Positions 37,058 through 47,700 of a DNA stretch of 64,000 nucleotides are shown in pieces (position 1 is the stretch's first letter; every line of letters starts with the position of its first letter). Under the pieces are notes generated by a model. The model was not told the DNA's origin, made no database searches, and worked only from the letters and a program-made list of their open reading frames with translations. Origin of the DNA: an uncultured Acidobacteriota bacterium (GTDB lineage Bacteria > Actinomycetota > Acidimicrobiia > Spongiisociales > ZC4RG35); contig CAWGJI010000021.1 in NCBI GenBank assembly GCA_963822895.1, positions 70,308 to 134,307 on the forward strand. Direction: 5' to 3'. The translations under genes and the position numbers were made by a program.

Positions 37058-38209
37058 GTGCCGATTCCTAATATGATGCCCGCAGCCCGTCGAGGGACGT
37101 CGTTGATGAGCGGTCAAACCGACTCCGAAACCAGCCACACAGATCCGAAACTGGATTCAGATCGCCATTTTCACGCCGTATTCGAATCGGCTGCATCCGG
37201 TATGGCCCTGGTCAGCCCGGCAGATGGGCGATTTCTCAAGATGAATGCCGCCGGCTGCGAGATGCTGGGCTATAGCGAGGACGAGTTGCGGGGCCGCACG
37301 ATCATGGAGGTGGTGGCGCCCGACGACCGCGAGGAAAGCATGACCCGATTCCGTCAGGTGGTCACAGGGGAACTCGATTCGGTCAAGGCAAAGCTCCACT
37401 ACCTCCGCAAAGACGGCTCCACTGCATATGGAATCATCTCCACGGCCCTGGTGCGCGACCCCGATGGCCAACCGCTCCATCTGGTGGCCAACGTGGTCGA
37501 CATCACCGAGCAGGTTGAGGCCCAGGATGAGCTTCGGGGCATGCTGGACTCGAAGGACCAGCTCATCGCTTCGGTGTCACACGAGTTGCGCACGCCGCTC
37601 ACCGCGGTCCTCGGATTCGCCCAGCTGATGCGGTCCGAGCTTCCCTCCCTCTCCCCCGACGAGCAGGTCGAAATCGTGAAGAGCATCGCCGATCAGACCG
37701 CCGACCTGACCAACATCGTCGAGGACCTCCTGGTGGCGGCGAGGGCAGACAATGAGACGCTCAAGGTGGCCGAGGTGTCCGTCGACCTCCGTGCCCAGTC
37801 GGCTCAGGTCCTCGAGGCTCTCGGGGGGAACGAGGACGGCCACGAGATCGAGCTGACCGGGCCCACCATCCGGGCCATGGGTGACCCGGCCCGGGTCCGA
37901 CAGGTCCTTCGCAACCTGATCTCGAATGCCTTCCGCTACGGAGGTGGCAACATCGAGGTTCGCACCTACGACTGCGGTACGGCAGCCTGCGTTGCCGTCA
38001 TCGACGACGGGCAGGGCATTCCACTCGGTGATCGGGAGAGCATCTTCCAGCCCTACCAGCGTGCGTCGAACAGCGGAGAGCTGACGGCATCCATCGGTCT
38101 CGGCCTCACCGTCTCACGCAAACTGGCGTCGCTGATGCGGGGCCAGCTCAACTACAGCTACGAGGACGGGAAGAGCGTCTTCGAGCTGTCCTTGCCGCTC
38201 TCCGGCTAG
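37058..38209 (+). CDS. PAS domain sensor histidine kinase (soluble)
   Basis: PAS region, then H-box SVSHELRTPLTAVLGFAQLM and HATPase N/G boxes (NLISNAFRYG; GLGLTVSRKL). 383 aa. Confidence 0.8.
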   Translation: MPIPNMMPAARRGTSLMSGQTDSETSHTDPKLDSDRHFHAVFESAASGMALVSPADGRFLKMNAAGCEMLGYSEDELRGRTIMEVVAPDDREESMTRFRQVVTGELDSVKAKLHYLRKDGSTAYGIISTALVRDPDGQPLHLVANVVDITEQVEAQDELRGMLDSKDQLIASVSHELRTPLTAVLGFAQLMRSELPSLSPDEQVEIVKSIADQTADLTNIVEDLLVAARADNETLKVAEVSVDLRAQSAQVLEALGGNEDGHEIELTGPTIRAMGDPARVRQVLRNLISNAFRYGGGNIEVRTYDCGTAACVAVIDDGQGIPLGDRESIFQPYQRASNSGELTASIGLGLTVSRKLASLMRGQLNYSYEDGKSVFELSLPLSG

Positions 38210-39440
38210 GCGACGGCTACCGCCTCCAACTCTCTGGGCTTGGCGGTCAGGTGAACATAGATCCCGTATAGGAGTGCCAACCCGAGGATCGGGGTGAAGG
38301 TCCGTTTGAGGGGTGCGCTCTCGGTGATGAGACCGATCACGAACCCGACAGCACCCACGTTGATCCCCCAATAGATGACCCTGCTGGAGAGATCCGAGAC
38401 CGCCGACGCCGCAGTCAGCATGGCGAAGATGACATTGGTCACCACAAGGATGAAGGTGGTGTGGTCCAGCGCCAGCAGATATGGCTCGATGAGGGCGAAC
38501 ACGGCGTCATCGTCACCTGTGGCCGAAACGAACTTCTGCACCACGATGGCCGTCAGGACCACCGCCGCAACCAACCCGAGGATGGCGGTGCGAATCATGA
38601 CCTTCTCGATCCCGCCGCTCCACTGTGCCGGTGCCAGCTCCTTGCGCAGACGCCAGAGGAAGATGAGAAGCCCGACGATCTGCAAGCGGGGTGTTGGCGA
38701 TGAGAAGCCCTTGGGTGTCGAGCAGGAACCCCAACATCCCGAACAGGCCTGCCAGGAACATGAAGACCATCTGGACGACACCGGCCTTGGCGTCACCGAT
38801 CAGCGGTGTCGACTTGCCTCTGATGCGCCACTCGATGATGGCCAGCATGGCGAGCACGACGTATCCGATCACCATCGCCGCCGGGTGGGCGTCACCGAGA
38901 CGCGGGGCGTTCTCCGGGGAGACCACCTCGACGTCGGCCAACTGGAGCCCGAGGAGGACTCCGAGGACGGCACCCATCAGCAGGAAGAAGAGGGCCAGGC
39001 CCATGCCGAATTCGGCTACGTTCCACTTCTCCCCCTTCTTGCTCCTCACCACCCAGACGAACACCCAGGTGATGGCGATGAAGGCGAGCGTGCCGCCTAT
39101 GGGTCGCTGGATGCTCTCGGTGGTGTTGAAGATGTCACCGGACCAGAACGCCAGGACATATAGAGACAGGGCCACGATGCAGTACATCGCCATGTTCCCG
39201 GTCTTGGCGTCGTTGGGCTTGCCGAACATCCAAATGGCCGAACCGAACACGGACAGCGTGATCCAGCCGAGGGTCCCGGCGTGGACGTGGGCGAGAAGGG
39301 TGTTGCGGGGCGGGTTCCATACATCGGTCCCGTTGAGGATCCCGATAACCACCGTGATCACGAAGATGACGAGTGCAGCCCGGAACAAATTTCGCACACC
39401 GGCGGGCGCCGATTCCAATTTCAACCTCCCAGTGGTCAGG
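38206..39440 (-). pseudogene. polytopic membrane protein, frame break at a C/G homopolymer near 38693-38700 (or assembly indel)
   Basis: ORF 38513-39583 has TM-rich sense up to ...GMLGFLLDTQGLLIANTP, then junk. The TM-rich continuation (...RLQIVGLLIFLWRLRKELAPAQW...) is in ORF 38206-38796, a different frame. Confidence 0.45.
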
Positions 39441-39613
39441 GTCCAGATATTGCCAAATCGACGGCTCGGATGTCGCTGTGACGAGATATTTCTTTGGCTT
39501 GACCAGGGAAAACCTGGCGCATCTCCGGCGAGGAACTCAGGGGCGTAACCTTTCCGAGAAGGAAGACCCGCAGCTCGTCCCATCGAAACGCACTTGACAC
39601 GATCGCTTCACAG

Positions 39614-39937
39614 ATGAACCCGGACACAGCACTGGGACTCGGCTTGCGTCTGCCCGAGACACATGAGCAGGACCATCATGGGATGCGCTCCCTCCGTATC
39701 GGCTCCAAAGTCCTCGCCACCATTCCCGACCCCGACCACATGCGCATCATGGCCGACGAGAGCGCGATCCTCTCTGCTGTCGCCGAGTATCCCGAGGTGT
39801 GTACCGGGGGCTGGTGGGGCACGCGGCTCGCCTGCGTCGTGGTGGACCTTCGTCTCGCATCGACGGATCTCGTCGAAGAGCTCCTCGACGATGCCTGGCG
39901 ACACAAGACCGGCCGCTTCGACACGCCGAATGAGTAG
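39614..39937 (+). CDS. hypothetical protein (possibly MmcQ/YjbR-like)
   Basis: 107 aa; coding-like. Family assignment is tentative. Confidence 0.4.
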   Translation: MNPDTALGLGLRLPETHEQDHHGMRSLRIGSKVLATIPDPDHMRIMADESAILSAVAEYPEVCTGGWWGTRLACVVVDLRLASTDLVEELLDDAWRHKTGRFDTPNE

Positions 39938-39949
39938 ATTTCCCCGGAG

Positions 39950-42751
39950 TTGGCCCGAGGCGCACTGATGGAACCCGGAGGCTCTGAGCCAGGCGGACAA
40001 GGCAATAACTCTCTGATACAGCTGCTGAAGAACAACCGCGCCCTGGCGGCGGTCGTCGGTGGCGTTGCTCTCGTGGTCGTCGTGGCCATCGTGGGCAACC
40101 TCGGGGGCGACGGCCCCGAGGCGGCTGCCACACCCACGACCCTCACTGCGTCTCCCACCACACCATCCACCGGCACCTCGGTGGACAGCCCCGGTCACCA
40201 GATCCCACCGCTCGATGGGTGCACCTTGATCCCGCTCGACGACGTGGCCGTGGCACTCGGGATTCCGGACGACGTGGGCATGAACCAGCTCTCCCGAAAT
40301 GAAGGCTGCCTCTGGCAGGCACCCGACGATGAGCCGTCGCTGCGGGGGCGCTTGGTGGTTCTCACCCCGGGCAACCCCGATGACTTCGGATCGGGTGCGA
40401 CTTTGAACGACGTGACCGGTGTACCGGTGCCCGACCTCGGCGATCTGGCGATGTGGTTTGGTGGCACTGACACCGGCACCGTGACCGTCGTCACCGAAAC
40501 CGATCTGGCTTATCTGTTCATGCAGCTCTCGATAAGCCGGCCCGACGTCACCGATGCAGATCGTCTCGATCTGGCCACCGCACTCATGTCGTCGGCCATC
40601 GACACAGTCGTGCTGGAACCACCCGTGCCGATCGAGGCCGATCTGTGTGACCTGGTGACCGATGAAGAGGCCGAGGCCCTCCTCGCCCCGCATCGGGAGA
40701 GCCGGCCAGCGGCCATGAGGGACTTGATCGTGTCGGACAACTTCGGCGAGACCGTCGACCTAACTCAATCGGGTGAATACGAGTGCACCAAGCTGATCCT
40801 CACCGAGATTTACGTCAAGGTCCAGACCTCCCCGGAATCGGACTTCGGCGACACGGCGAGCCTCGACGGGGTCCCGGGAGTCGCAGTGCCGGGTATCGGC
40901 GACGAGGCGATGTGGTTCGAGAACGTACCCGCCGGCGGCGGCTTCGCCTCCCCACACGAGGCTGACATCCTCGCCGTGAGATGGGAGAACGCCAGATTCC
41001 GGATAGTCATGGCGCTGCCCGACCTGGGGCCCGATGAGCAGTTCGACACCGCCAAGGAGCTGGGGACCAAGGCCCTGGGCCGGATCCCGGGCGGGCCGAT
41101 CATCGTGGAACAGGAGAAGCCGGACCTGACCAACCTGGGCTATGTCGACAACCTGCTGGCCAAGCAGGCGGAAGGCGAATGGTCATACGAGGACGGGCTC
41201 ATCGCCACCCTGAAGCTGTTCGCCGACGAGGCCGACTCCGGGGCCGTTCTCCGAAACCCAGAGTTGATCGACTACTCCGGCACCGGGATCATCAGCCTGG
41301 CCGAGGAGTACCTCGACACCGCCCAAGCGGGGCCGGCCAAAGATGAGGTGACCCGTCTGCTCGACCTCCTGATCCCGAGGTTCGATTCGACATCCACGCC
41401 CGAGGTGTCGAAGTCGCTCACCGTTGCGCTAGGTGACCTCTTCATGCCTGACATCGTCGCCCAGGAAGATCCGGCAGGTGAGGAGGAGCTGCAACAGGGC
41501 AGTGAGGACCGAGGCTATGCCCCACCCGACGACGACGTGCCTCAGGACTATTCCGCCCCTCCGATCGAACCCGGCGAGTGCGCCAACTTCGAGCCGAAAC
41601 AGGCGGGATGGGACACCAGTGGCTACGAGCTCGGAGACTACGGGGCATGGGTCGGGGCGGTCCTGTTCCCGACCGCGGGTCAGGAGGACGGATGGAGTCG
41701 GGAGACTCATCTGCTCTGGGCACAACAGGCGCTGACTGACTCGATCGCGAAGTACGGCACGCCACCGGTGTGCATTTGGATGGTGCTGTCCCATCACGGT
41801 GGGTCCTACACCTTCGTGGAACAGCGGATCGACCCCACGGTCTGCCTCGTGTTCATCAACAAGCCGATGCAGGCCCGGAACCCAGAGCAGTTCAAGCAGC
41901 AACTGGCCGCCGACATCGCCCACTGTTACATCCCGTTCGTGTTTCCCGGTCAGTCCGGGGCCACCTATCTGGCGAGACGCTGGTGGAACCATGCGCTGGC
42001 CGAATACATGAGCAACCTCGTCTACCCGGGCGTCAACCTCGAGTGGAGGCTGGCCCCCGCCATGAGGGCCGAGGAGACGACACGCCCACTCGTCGAAAGG
42101 GGTGCCGACAACTGGATCTTCTTCCAGGATGTCGTGAACGTCCTCGGCGAGGAAGCGTTGGGCCAGATCATCCTCGCCCTACCCGGTGGCGACAACCCGA
42201 CACTCGACCAGCTCGCCCTGGCAGAACGCGAGGAGATGAGCGGGATGTATCAGACCTTCGCCGAGCACATGACCGATGTGTCCGTGGCCGACACCGGCGG
42301 AGGCACCATCCCCTATCAGCCACCCAAGATCACCAAGTCACTCGACGGGCCCGGCACCCACGAGCAGGAGCTCAACGCCTTCCAGGCGGCCCGCTGGGAA
42401 GTGACCATCCCCTCCGGGCAGTATGCGTGCATCACCGGGGAAGTGGGCGAGAAGGTGTTGGTGTCGTATCGCCCGGGGAAGGTGGGAAGCCCTGGCGGTG
42501 AGTGGTCCGAGTTCCCCACGGAGGAGACGGCCTTCAACGAGGACTTCGTGCTGGTGGCCACCTCGGTCCAGGACGGCGAGAAGTTCCGCCTGAACGTGCG
42601 CGACGTCAACGAGGAATCCGACTGTCAGAAGAAGGAGGAGCCACAGACCGAGCCGCCACCCCAGACCTGTGACTGTGACCCGAGCTCCTACTTCCTGGTG
42701 TGGCAAGACATCCCCGAGCTACTGCAAAAGGTGCTGCATCCGGGCGGCTGA
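39950..42751 (+). CDS. large secreted/membrane-anchored hypothetical protein with internal ~170-aa repeated modules
   Basis: N-terminal TM anchor (LAAVVGGVALVVVVAIVG), Thr/Pro linker, repeated module (GVPVPDLGDLAMWFGG... / GVPGVAVPGIGDEAMWFEN...). Cys-containing C-terminal domain. 933 aa. Confidence 0.6.
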   Translation: MARGALMEPGGSEPGGQGNNSLIQLLKNNRALAAVVGGVALVVVVAIVGNLGGDGPEAAATPTTLTASPTTPSTGTSVDSPGHQIPPLDGCTLIPLDDVAVALGIPDDVGMNQLSRNEGCLWQAPDDEPSLRGRLVVLTPGNPDDFGSGATLNDVTGVPVPDLGDLAMWFGGTDTGTVTVVTETDLAYLFMQLSISRPDVTDADRLDLATALMSSAIDTVVLEPPVPIEADLCDLVTDEEAEALLAPHRESRPAAMRDLIVSDNFGETVDLTQSGEYECTKLILTEIYVKVQTSPESDFGDTASLDGVPGVAVPGIGDEAMWFENVPAGGGFASPHEADILAVRWENARFRIVMALPDLGPDEQFDTAKELGTKALGRIPGGPIIVEQEKPDLTNLGYVDNLLAKQAEGEWSYEDGLIATLKLFADEADSGAVLRNPELIDYSGTGIISLAEEYLDTAQAGPAKDEVTRLLDLLIPRFDSTSTPEVSKSLTVALGDLFMPDIVAQEDPAGEEELQQGSEDRGYAPPDDDVPQDYSAPPIEPGECANFEPKQAGWDTSGYELGDYGAWVGAVLFPTAGQEDGWSRETHLLWAQQALTDSIAKYGTPPVCIWMVLSHHGGSYTFVEQRIDPTVCLVFINKPMQARNPEQFKQQLAADIAHCYIPFVFPGQSGATYLARRWWNHALAEYMSNLVYPGVNLEWRLAPAMRAEETTRPLVERGADNWIFFQDVVNVLGEEALGQIILALPGGDNPTLDQLALAEREEMSGMYQTFAEHMTDVSVADTGGGTIPYQPPKITKSLDGPGTHEQELNAFQAARWEVTIPSGQYACITGEVGEKVLVSYRPGKVGSPGGEWSEFPTEETAFNEDFVLVATSVQDGEKFRLNVRDVNEESDCQKKEEPQTEPPPQTCDCDPSSYFLVWQDIPELLQKVLHPGG

Positions 42752-42942
42752 CGCCAGTGGGCCACCGGCGGTCTTACACCTTCGTTTCGAGATCCCACCC
42801 CGATCCGATTGACCCACGGCCCTGCGTGGTAGGAGCGGGCTCACATCTATGAGGACCTGATCTCCCACTTTGTCGAATTCAGGCAATCCCGTTCGTAGAT
42901 ATGACGAGCCCGTGACCAGAGGGCAAGGACAAGGAGTGTCAC

Positions 42943-44328
42943 ATGAGCATGCCGGATAGAACCGCAATAGACGTCGATCGCCTTCGCAAACTCGCAAAGG
43001 GCGCGGTGATCACGCCGAACGACCCGGATTACGACGAGAAGCGAAAGTTGTTCTACGGCGGGATCGACGCCCGCCCCGGAGCGGTGGTGAGGGTGGCGAA
43101 TGCCACCGATGTGGCCGCGGTGTTGGAGTTCGCCGTCGAATCCGGCGTGGACTTCACCGTGAGAAGTGGGGGTCACAGCGTCGCCGGTCACAGCACCACC
43201 GACGGCGGGATCGTGATCGATGTCAGAGACCTGGGTCACATCACCATCGACTCAGCGTCGAGGACCGCCTGGGTGGGTAGTGGCGCCACCGCACGGGAAG
43301 TCAGCATCGCCGCCGGTCAGCATGGTCTCGGTGTCAGCTTTGGCGATACCGGCTCGGTCGGCGTCGGGGGAATCGCCCTCGGCGGAGGGGTCGGATTCCT
43401 ACTGCGGAAGTACGGCCTGACCATCGACTCGTTGTTGGCGGCACAGATCGTCACCGCGGACGGGCAGATTCTCGACATCGACCAGGAAACCCACCCAGAT
43501 CTCTTCTGGGCGATACGAGGCGGCGGCGGCAACTTCGGCGTGGTCACCCGCTTCAAGCTGGCCCTCAACCCGGTGGATCCATTCGTCGGCGGGATCTTGA
43601 TCCTTCCGGCCACGCCCGACGTGATCGAAGGTTTCGTCTCGATGTCGCAGTCCGCCCCCGAGAACCTGACCACCATCGCCAACGTGATGTCGGCTCCCCC
43701 CATGCCCTTCCTCCCCGCCGACGTGGTCGGCAAGACGATCGTCATGGGGCTGCTCGCCTGGGCCGGCGACGCCGACGAGGGCACCAAGACGATGGATGGA
43801 TTCCGGGGCTTGGGTGAGCCCCTGTTCGACGCTGTGGATGTCATGCCCTATTCGGGGATGTACCCGCCCGAAGATGAGGATTACTCACCCACGGCTACGG
43901 CGAGGACTGGCTTCTCCGATGAGATCACCCCGTCACAGGTCAAGACGTTCATGGAGGCCATTGACGGCTCGGACGCCCCGATGAGCGCGGTGCAGATCCG
44001 TGCCCTCGGTGGCGCCATGGCCCGGGTCCCCGAGCAGGCCACGGCGTTCGCCCACCGCGACCGAAAGTTCATGGTCAACGTTGCTTCCTTCTATGAAGGC
44101 CAAGAGGCTCGCCCCACACGCGAGACATGGGTCCAGGACCTGGCCAATGTGATGATGGAGGGGGATCCGAGTGGATACATCGGGTTCCTCGAAGACGAGG
44201 GGATCCACCGGGTCAGGGCTGCCTACCCCGGCGGCACCTGGGATCGGCTGCGAGAGGTCAAGGCGAAGTACGACCCGCAGAACATCTTCTCTCACAACCA
44301 GAACATCCCTCCGGGCGGCTCTTCCTGA
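42943..44328 (+). CDS. FAD-linked oxidase (PCMH-type FAD-binding domain + BBE-like C-terminus)
   Basis: FTVRSGGHSVAGHSTTDGGIVIDV FAD-binding motif. C-terminal YDPQNIFSHNQNIPP is a BBE-domain signature. 461 aa. Confidence 0.8.
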   Translation: MSMPDRTAIDVDRLRKLAKGAVITPNDPDYDEKRKLFYGGIDARPGAVVRVANATDVAAVLEFAVESGVDFTVRSGGHSVAGHSTTDGGIVIDVRDLGHITIDSASRTAWVGSGATAREVSIAAGQHGLGVSFGDTGSVGVGGIALGGGVGFLLRKYGLTIDSLLAAQIVTADGQILDIDQETHPDLFWAIRGGGGNFGVVTRFKLALNPVDPFVGGILILPATPDVIEGFVSMSQSAPENLTTIANVMSAPPMPFLPADVVGKTIVMGLLAWAGDADEGTKTMDGFRGLGEPLFDAVDVMPYSGMYPPEDEDYSPTATARTGFSDEITPSQVKTFMEAIDGSDAPMSAVQIRALGGAMARVPEQATAFAHRDRKFMVNVASFYEGQEARPTRETWVQDLANVMMEGDPSGYIGFLEDEGIHRVRAAYPGGTWDRLREVKAKYDPQNIFSHNQNIPPGGSS

Positions 44329-44346
44329 GAGGACCCCGCACACGCA

Positions 44347-45067
44347 ATGAGGGCCCCGGCGAGCCAGGAGCTCCCGCCTGCCACGACGAGCACGATCCTC
44401 ACCACCAGCACCGAGGCCGCGCCGGTCGTCACCGAGCCGGCTCCGCCGACCACGGCAGCCGTCGTGCCGATCGCCCCCACGACCACCACCGAGCCGCGGG
44501 ACACCGAACCCCCGATCCTCGAGATCACCTTTCCCGAAGAGGGCGCCGAGCTCGCTGAGAAGAAGATCACATTCGCCGGGGTGACCGAGCCCCGTGCCCG
44601 GGTCTTCGCCGGGAAGTACGAGGCGGACGTCGCCAAGTCGGGCGAGTGGCACATCGTGCTGGTGCTGAGCGAGGGGAAGAACACCGCCCGATTCGTCGCC
44701 CGCGACCCCGCCGGCAATGAGTCGGAGGCGTCGGTGACCGTCTATTACGCAGGCCCGACCACCACAACCACCATCACCGAGCCGACGACGAGCACAACCG
44801 AGAAGCAGCCGGCGGAGTTCAGCGCTCACGCCTCCTACGGGTCCTGTTCGACCACCCCGCCATTCGACGTCTACTACGGGACCGGCGAGCCAGGCTCACT
44901 GGTCCAGATCACCTCGGAGTACGGGTCCGGCCCGGTCGAAGTGGGTGAAACGGCCAATGGGAGAAGAAGGTCTTCTTCGAGACGGCACCGGCCGACACCA
45001 CCTTCGTGGTGCATGTCTCCGACTCGTACGGCCGGGAGGCCAACTTCGAGTTCATCTATACGCCCTG
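44347..45067 (+). CDS. Thr/Pro-rich protein with Ig-like (BIG-like) domain; frame break near 44950 (GGGAGAAGAAGG)
   Basis: The ORF-track protein goes Arg/Ser junk after ...GETANG. The alternative frame continues sensibly (WEKKVFFETAPADTTFVVHVSDSYGREANFEFIYTP*) to ~45067. Confidence 0.4.
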
Positions 45068-45150
45068 ATCGGACCCCGATCCCGGGAGGCATCGAGTTCA
45101 CCAAGCCGGAACGCCCCTTGTACAATCGTCCGTCCTTGACTACCAGTCCG

Positions 45151-45225
45151 GGGCCCATAGCTCAGCCCGGTTAGAGCGCATCCCTGATAAGGATGAGGTC
45201 CGTGGTTCAAGTCCACGTGGGCCCA
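45151..45225 (+). tRNA. tRNA-Ile (anticodon GAT)
   Basis: GGGCCCATAGCTCAGCCCGGTTAGAGCGCATCCCTGATAAGGATGAGGTCCGTGGTTCAAGTCCACGTGGGCCCA. Anticodon loop CTGATAA. Confidence 0.9.
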
Positions 45226-45289
45226 CTGCCGAAATTTCAGTTGATGGCCGTGCGGGCGGAGTAGTTGCACCCACCCCTGCCGCCTGAGC

Positions 45290-47113
45290 TCAGCCCAATG
45301 CTCGCCGTAGGAAGGCTGCCATCTGCTGACGTGTCACCGGATCGGTCGGGCAGAACTTGGTGTTCGCCGGCGGATTACAACCCAACGTCACACCCGCCGT
45401 CCCCAACTTGTCGATCGCTCCCTCGAACACCGAACCGTCATCATCGATGAACAAGTTCCCACCGCCATTGTCGGAATATCCCAAAGCACGCACCAGAAAC
45501 GCCGCCATCTGACCACGAGTCACCGGAGCGGTCGGGCAGAACTTGGTGTTCGCCGGCGGATTACAACCCAACGTCACACCCGCCGTCCCCAACTTGTCGA
45601 TCGCTCCCTCGAACACCGAACCGTCATCATCGATGAACAAGTTCCCACCGCCATTGTCGGAATATCCCAAAGCACGCACCAGAAACGCCGCCATCTGACC
45701 ACGTGTCACTGTGTCGGTCGGGCAGAACTTGGTGTTCGCCGGCGGATTACAGCCCACGGTGATTCCCTGCCCGGCCAGCCAGCAGATCGACGTCTGGAAC
45801 ACATTTGAGGAAGTGACGTCACTGAACCGATTGCATTCCCCTGGGGGAGCCGTGATCCCCTCCCGATCGGTGAGCCAGACGTTGGTGGCCGCCGGCGTCC
45901 CCGTCTCAAAATTCCATTGGGATGAGAAGGCAATGAATCGCGCATCGCCGCTGATGGCGCCCTTGCTGAACGAACCGCTGTTGCGATCGGCCGGGGACCC
46001 ATCGCTATTGAGCGACAGGATCTGGGCATTGTCTGTCTGACGGTCGTAGAAGACGACGTCGGCCCGGCCGTTGGCCGCTCCATAGACGTCGGTCCAGTCC
46101 GTGAATGTTACGTATCGGCCATCATCGTTTAGCGCCGGGTAGGGGCGGTTGGCGTTTCCGTTGGCCGGTATCCGCTCCAGGGAGTCCGTGTTGGAGTCGT
46201 ATACGAACACATCGTTGGTGTTTGCCGTGTCTCCGGCCACGTAGTTCGTGGCGGCCGAGCCAAAGGCCACGAATCTGCCGTTGCCCGAGATGGATAGCCC
46301 GGCCTGCGAGCCAACCGGGGCCGCTCCTCCGATGCGGGGGTTGGCCACTTCCCAGGTGTCGGTGTTGCGATCGAACAGGATCACATCACCGTCGTGGTTG
46401 AACTCCGGCGTGACGAAGGCGACGTAGCGACCGTCGTCGGATATCGCGGCGAACTGCGTCTCACTGAGGCCGGTGAAGTTGGAGCCATCGGTGACACGCT
46501 CCGTCATCTTGGAGACCCGATCCCAGACGAACGTCCCCGCATCGTTCGACCCTGAAGCACCGTCGTATCCCCTGCCTGAGAAGGCAACGTATCTGCCGTT
46601 GCCCGATAGCGAGCCCTGACGGGCAAAACTGATGCTCTCGAGACTGTCGCTGCGAAGGATCCTCTCCGTGTTGCCCGTCTGGCGGTCGTAGATGAACAGG
46701 TCTCCACTGGAGTTGGTGTCACCGGTGACCAGGTTGGAGGCATTGGAGCTGAAGAGGACGTATCGGCCGTCATTGGAGATGTCGACGGTGTCACCTCCGC
46801 TGCTCCCATTTGCCAATGCCCCTCCTGACGAGACGCTCGCTCTGGTCAGCGCCCCGGTCTGCATGTCCTTTAGATAGACATCGTTGACCTTGTTCGTGTC
46901 GCCGGAATCAAGAGAAGATGAAGACTCGAAGGCCACGTAGCGACCATCGTCGGAAACCGCCATTCGGGTCCCAGGCCCGACGGACCCACCGCCGGTCAAG
47001 GTTCGATCGGCCGACTCGCTCGCCCTGGTCAAAGACGAAGTCGCGGCACTGGCAGCAGTGACCATGCCGAGCACTATCCAGATCGTTACCAGAGCCTTGA
47101 CCAAACGCCTCAT
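45290..47113 (-). CDS. secreted PD40/TolB-like beta-propeller repeat protein with three C-terminal SLH (S-layer homology) domains
   Basis: ATG 47113..47111 with GGAGGAG RBS. Signal peptide MRRLVKALVTIWIVLGMVTAASAA. Repeated DGRYVAFxSxAxNLVxGDTNxxxDVFxYD blades. Three copies of FxDV...GCNPPANTKFCPTxxVTRGQMAAFLVRALG. Confidence 0.7.
   Translation of the reverse strand: MRRLVKALVTIWIVLGMVTAASAATSSLTRASESADRTLTGGGSVGPGTRMAVSDDGRYVAFESSSSLDSGDTNKVNDVYLKDMQTGALTRASVSSGGALANGSSGGDTVDISNDGRYVLFSSNASNLVTGDTNSSGDLFIYDRQTGNTERILRSDSLESISFARQGSLSGNGRYVAFSGRGYDGASGSNDAGTFVWDRVSKMTERVTDGSNFTGLSETQFAAISDDGRYVAFVTPEFNHDGDVILFDRNTDTWEVANPRIGGAAPVGSQAGLSISGNGRFVAFGSAATNYVAGDTANTNDVFVYDSNTDSLERIPANGNANRPYPALNDDGRYVTFTDWTDVYGAANGRADVVFYDRQTDNAQILSLNSDGSPADRNSGSFSKGAISGDARFIAFSSQWNFETGTPAATNVWLTDREGITAPPGECNRFSDVTSSNVFQTSICWLAGQGITVGCNPPANTKFCPTDTVTRGQMAAFLVRALGYSDNGGGNLFIDDDGSVFEGAIDKLGTAGVTLGCNPPANTKFCPTAPVTRGQMAAFLVRALGYSDNGGGNLFIDDDGSVFEGAIDKLGTAGVTLGCNPPANTKFCPTDPVTRQQMAAFLRRALG
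45335..45695. repeat. two near-identical ~180-bp tandem nucleotide repeats inside the SLH-domain gene (third, diverged copy follows)
   Basis: cgccatctgaccacg(a/t)gtcac...ggaatatcccaaagcacgcaccagaaa recurs with a ~180-bp period and only a few mismatches. Consistent with recent intragenic duplication. Confidence 0.7.
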
Positions 47114-47279
47114 CTCTCTCCTCCAGATCAGAAAGGTCTTTGCCTTCGGAGCGGCGCTCTTCAGTCGCCAAGCTCCACATTGCAACGTACGGGACTCTGG
47201 CGCGACCTCGTCTACTCATTCCCATGGCTCCGACTACTCATGTCGCCCGACAGGCGCGAACCTCAAGTGCCAGTCCTAT

Positions 47280-47625
47280 TGACCGGAGAAGTTCACCTCG
47301 AAGGTCCCCTGGAGCGGGCCGTCACCGGCCTCGGTCATGAAAGTCGCCGTCCCCTCGGCGTGACCGCCGTCGAGAGTGAGAGAATCGACCCTGCTCCCCT
47401 CGACGCTGCCCGGATTGGCCCACCAGGCGGGCTCCAGGGCGATGAGGATCGTCGAAGGTCATCCACCACCGGGGTCGTGGGTGTCGAGCCGCCGTCGTCG
47501 GGCACCGAAGCCGCGATCGAGGTGGTGGTGTCATCGGTGCCCCGGTCTGTCGTGACCGGGGCGGTGTCACCAGGCCCGGCGCAGGCCGCGAGCAATAGGA
47601 AAGCCATGGTCAAGGCGAGTGCCAT
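47280..47625 (-). CDS. small lipoprotein, frame break at a CCCC/GGGG run near 47460
   Basis: MALALTMAFLLLAACAGPGD lipobox and N-terminus in ORF 47335-47625. Sensible continuation (...LIALEPAWWANPGSVEGSRVDSLTLDGGHAEGTATFMTEAGDGPLQGTFEVNFSGQ*) is in another frame, ending ~47280. Confidence 0.35.
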
Positions 47626-47700
47626 CGGTGTCTCAACGCATTCCTCGTGAGCCGACTTTTGAACCCTTGTCCTGCCCGTGGTCGGCCGACACGGCCCTCC

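Noticed and set aside
45335-45695. Tandem 180-bp repeats as a mobile element or VNTR outside genes
   Set aside because: They are in frame inside the SLH-domain gene and encode repeated SLH modules. This is intragenic domain duplication, not an independent element.
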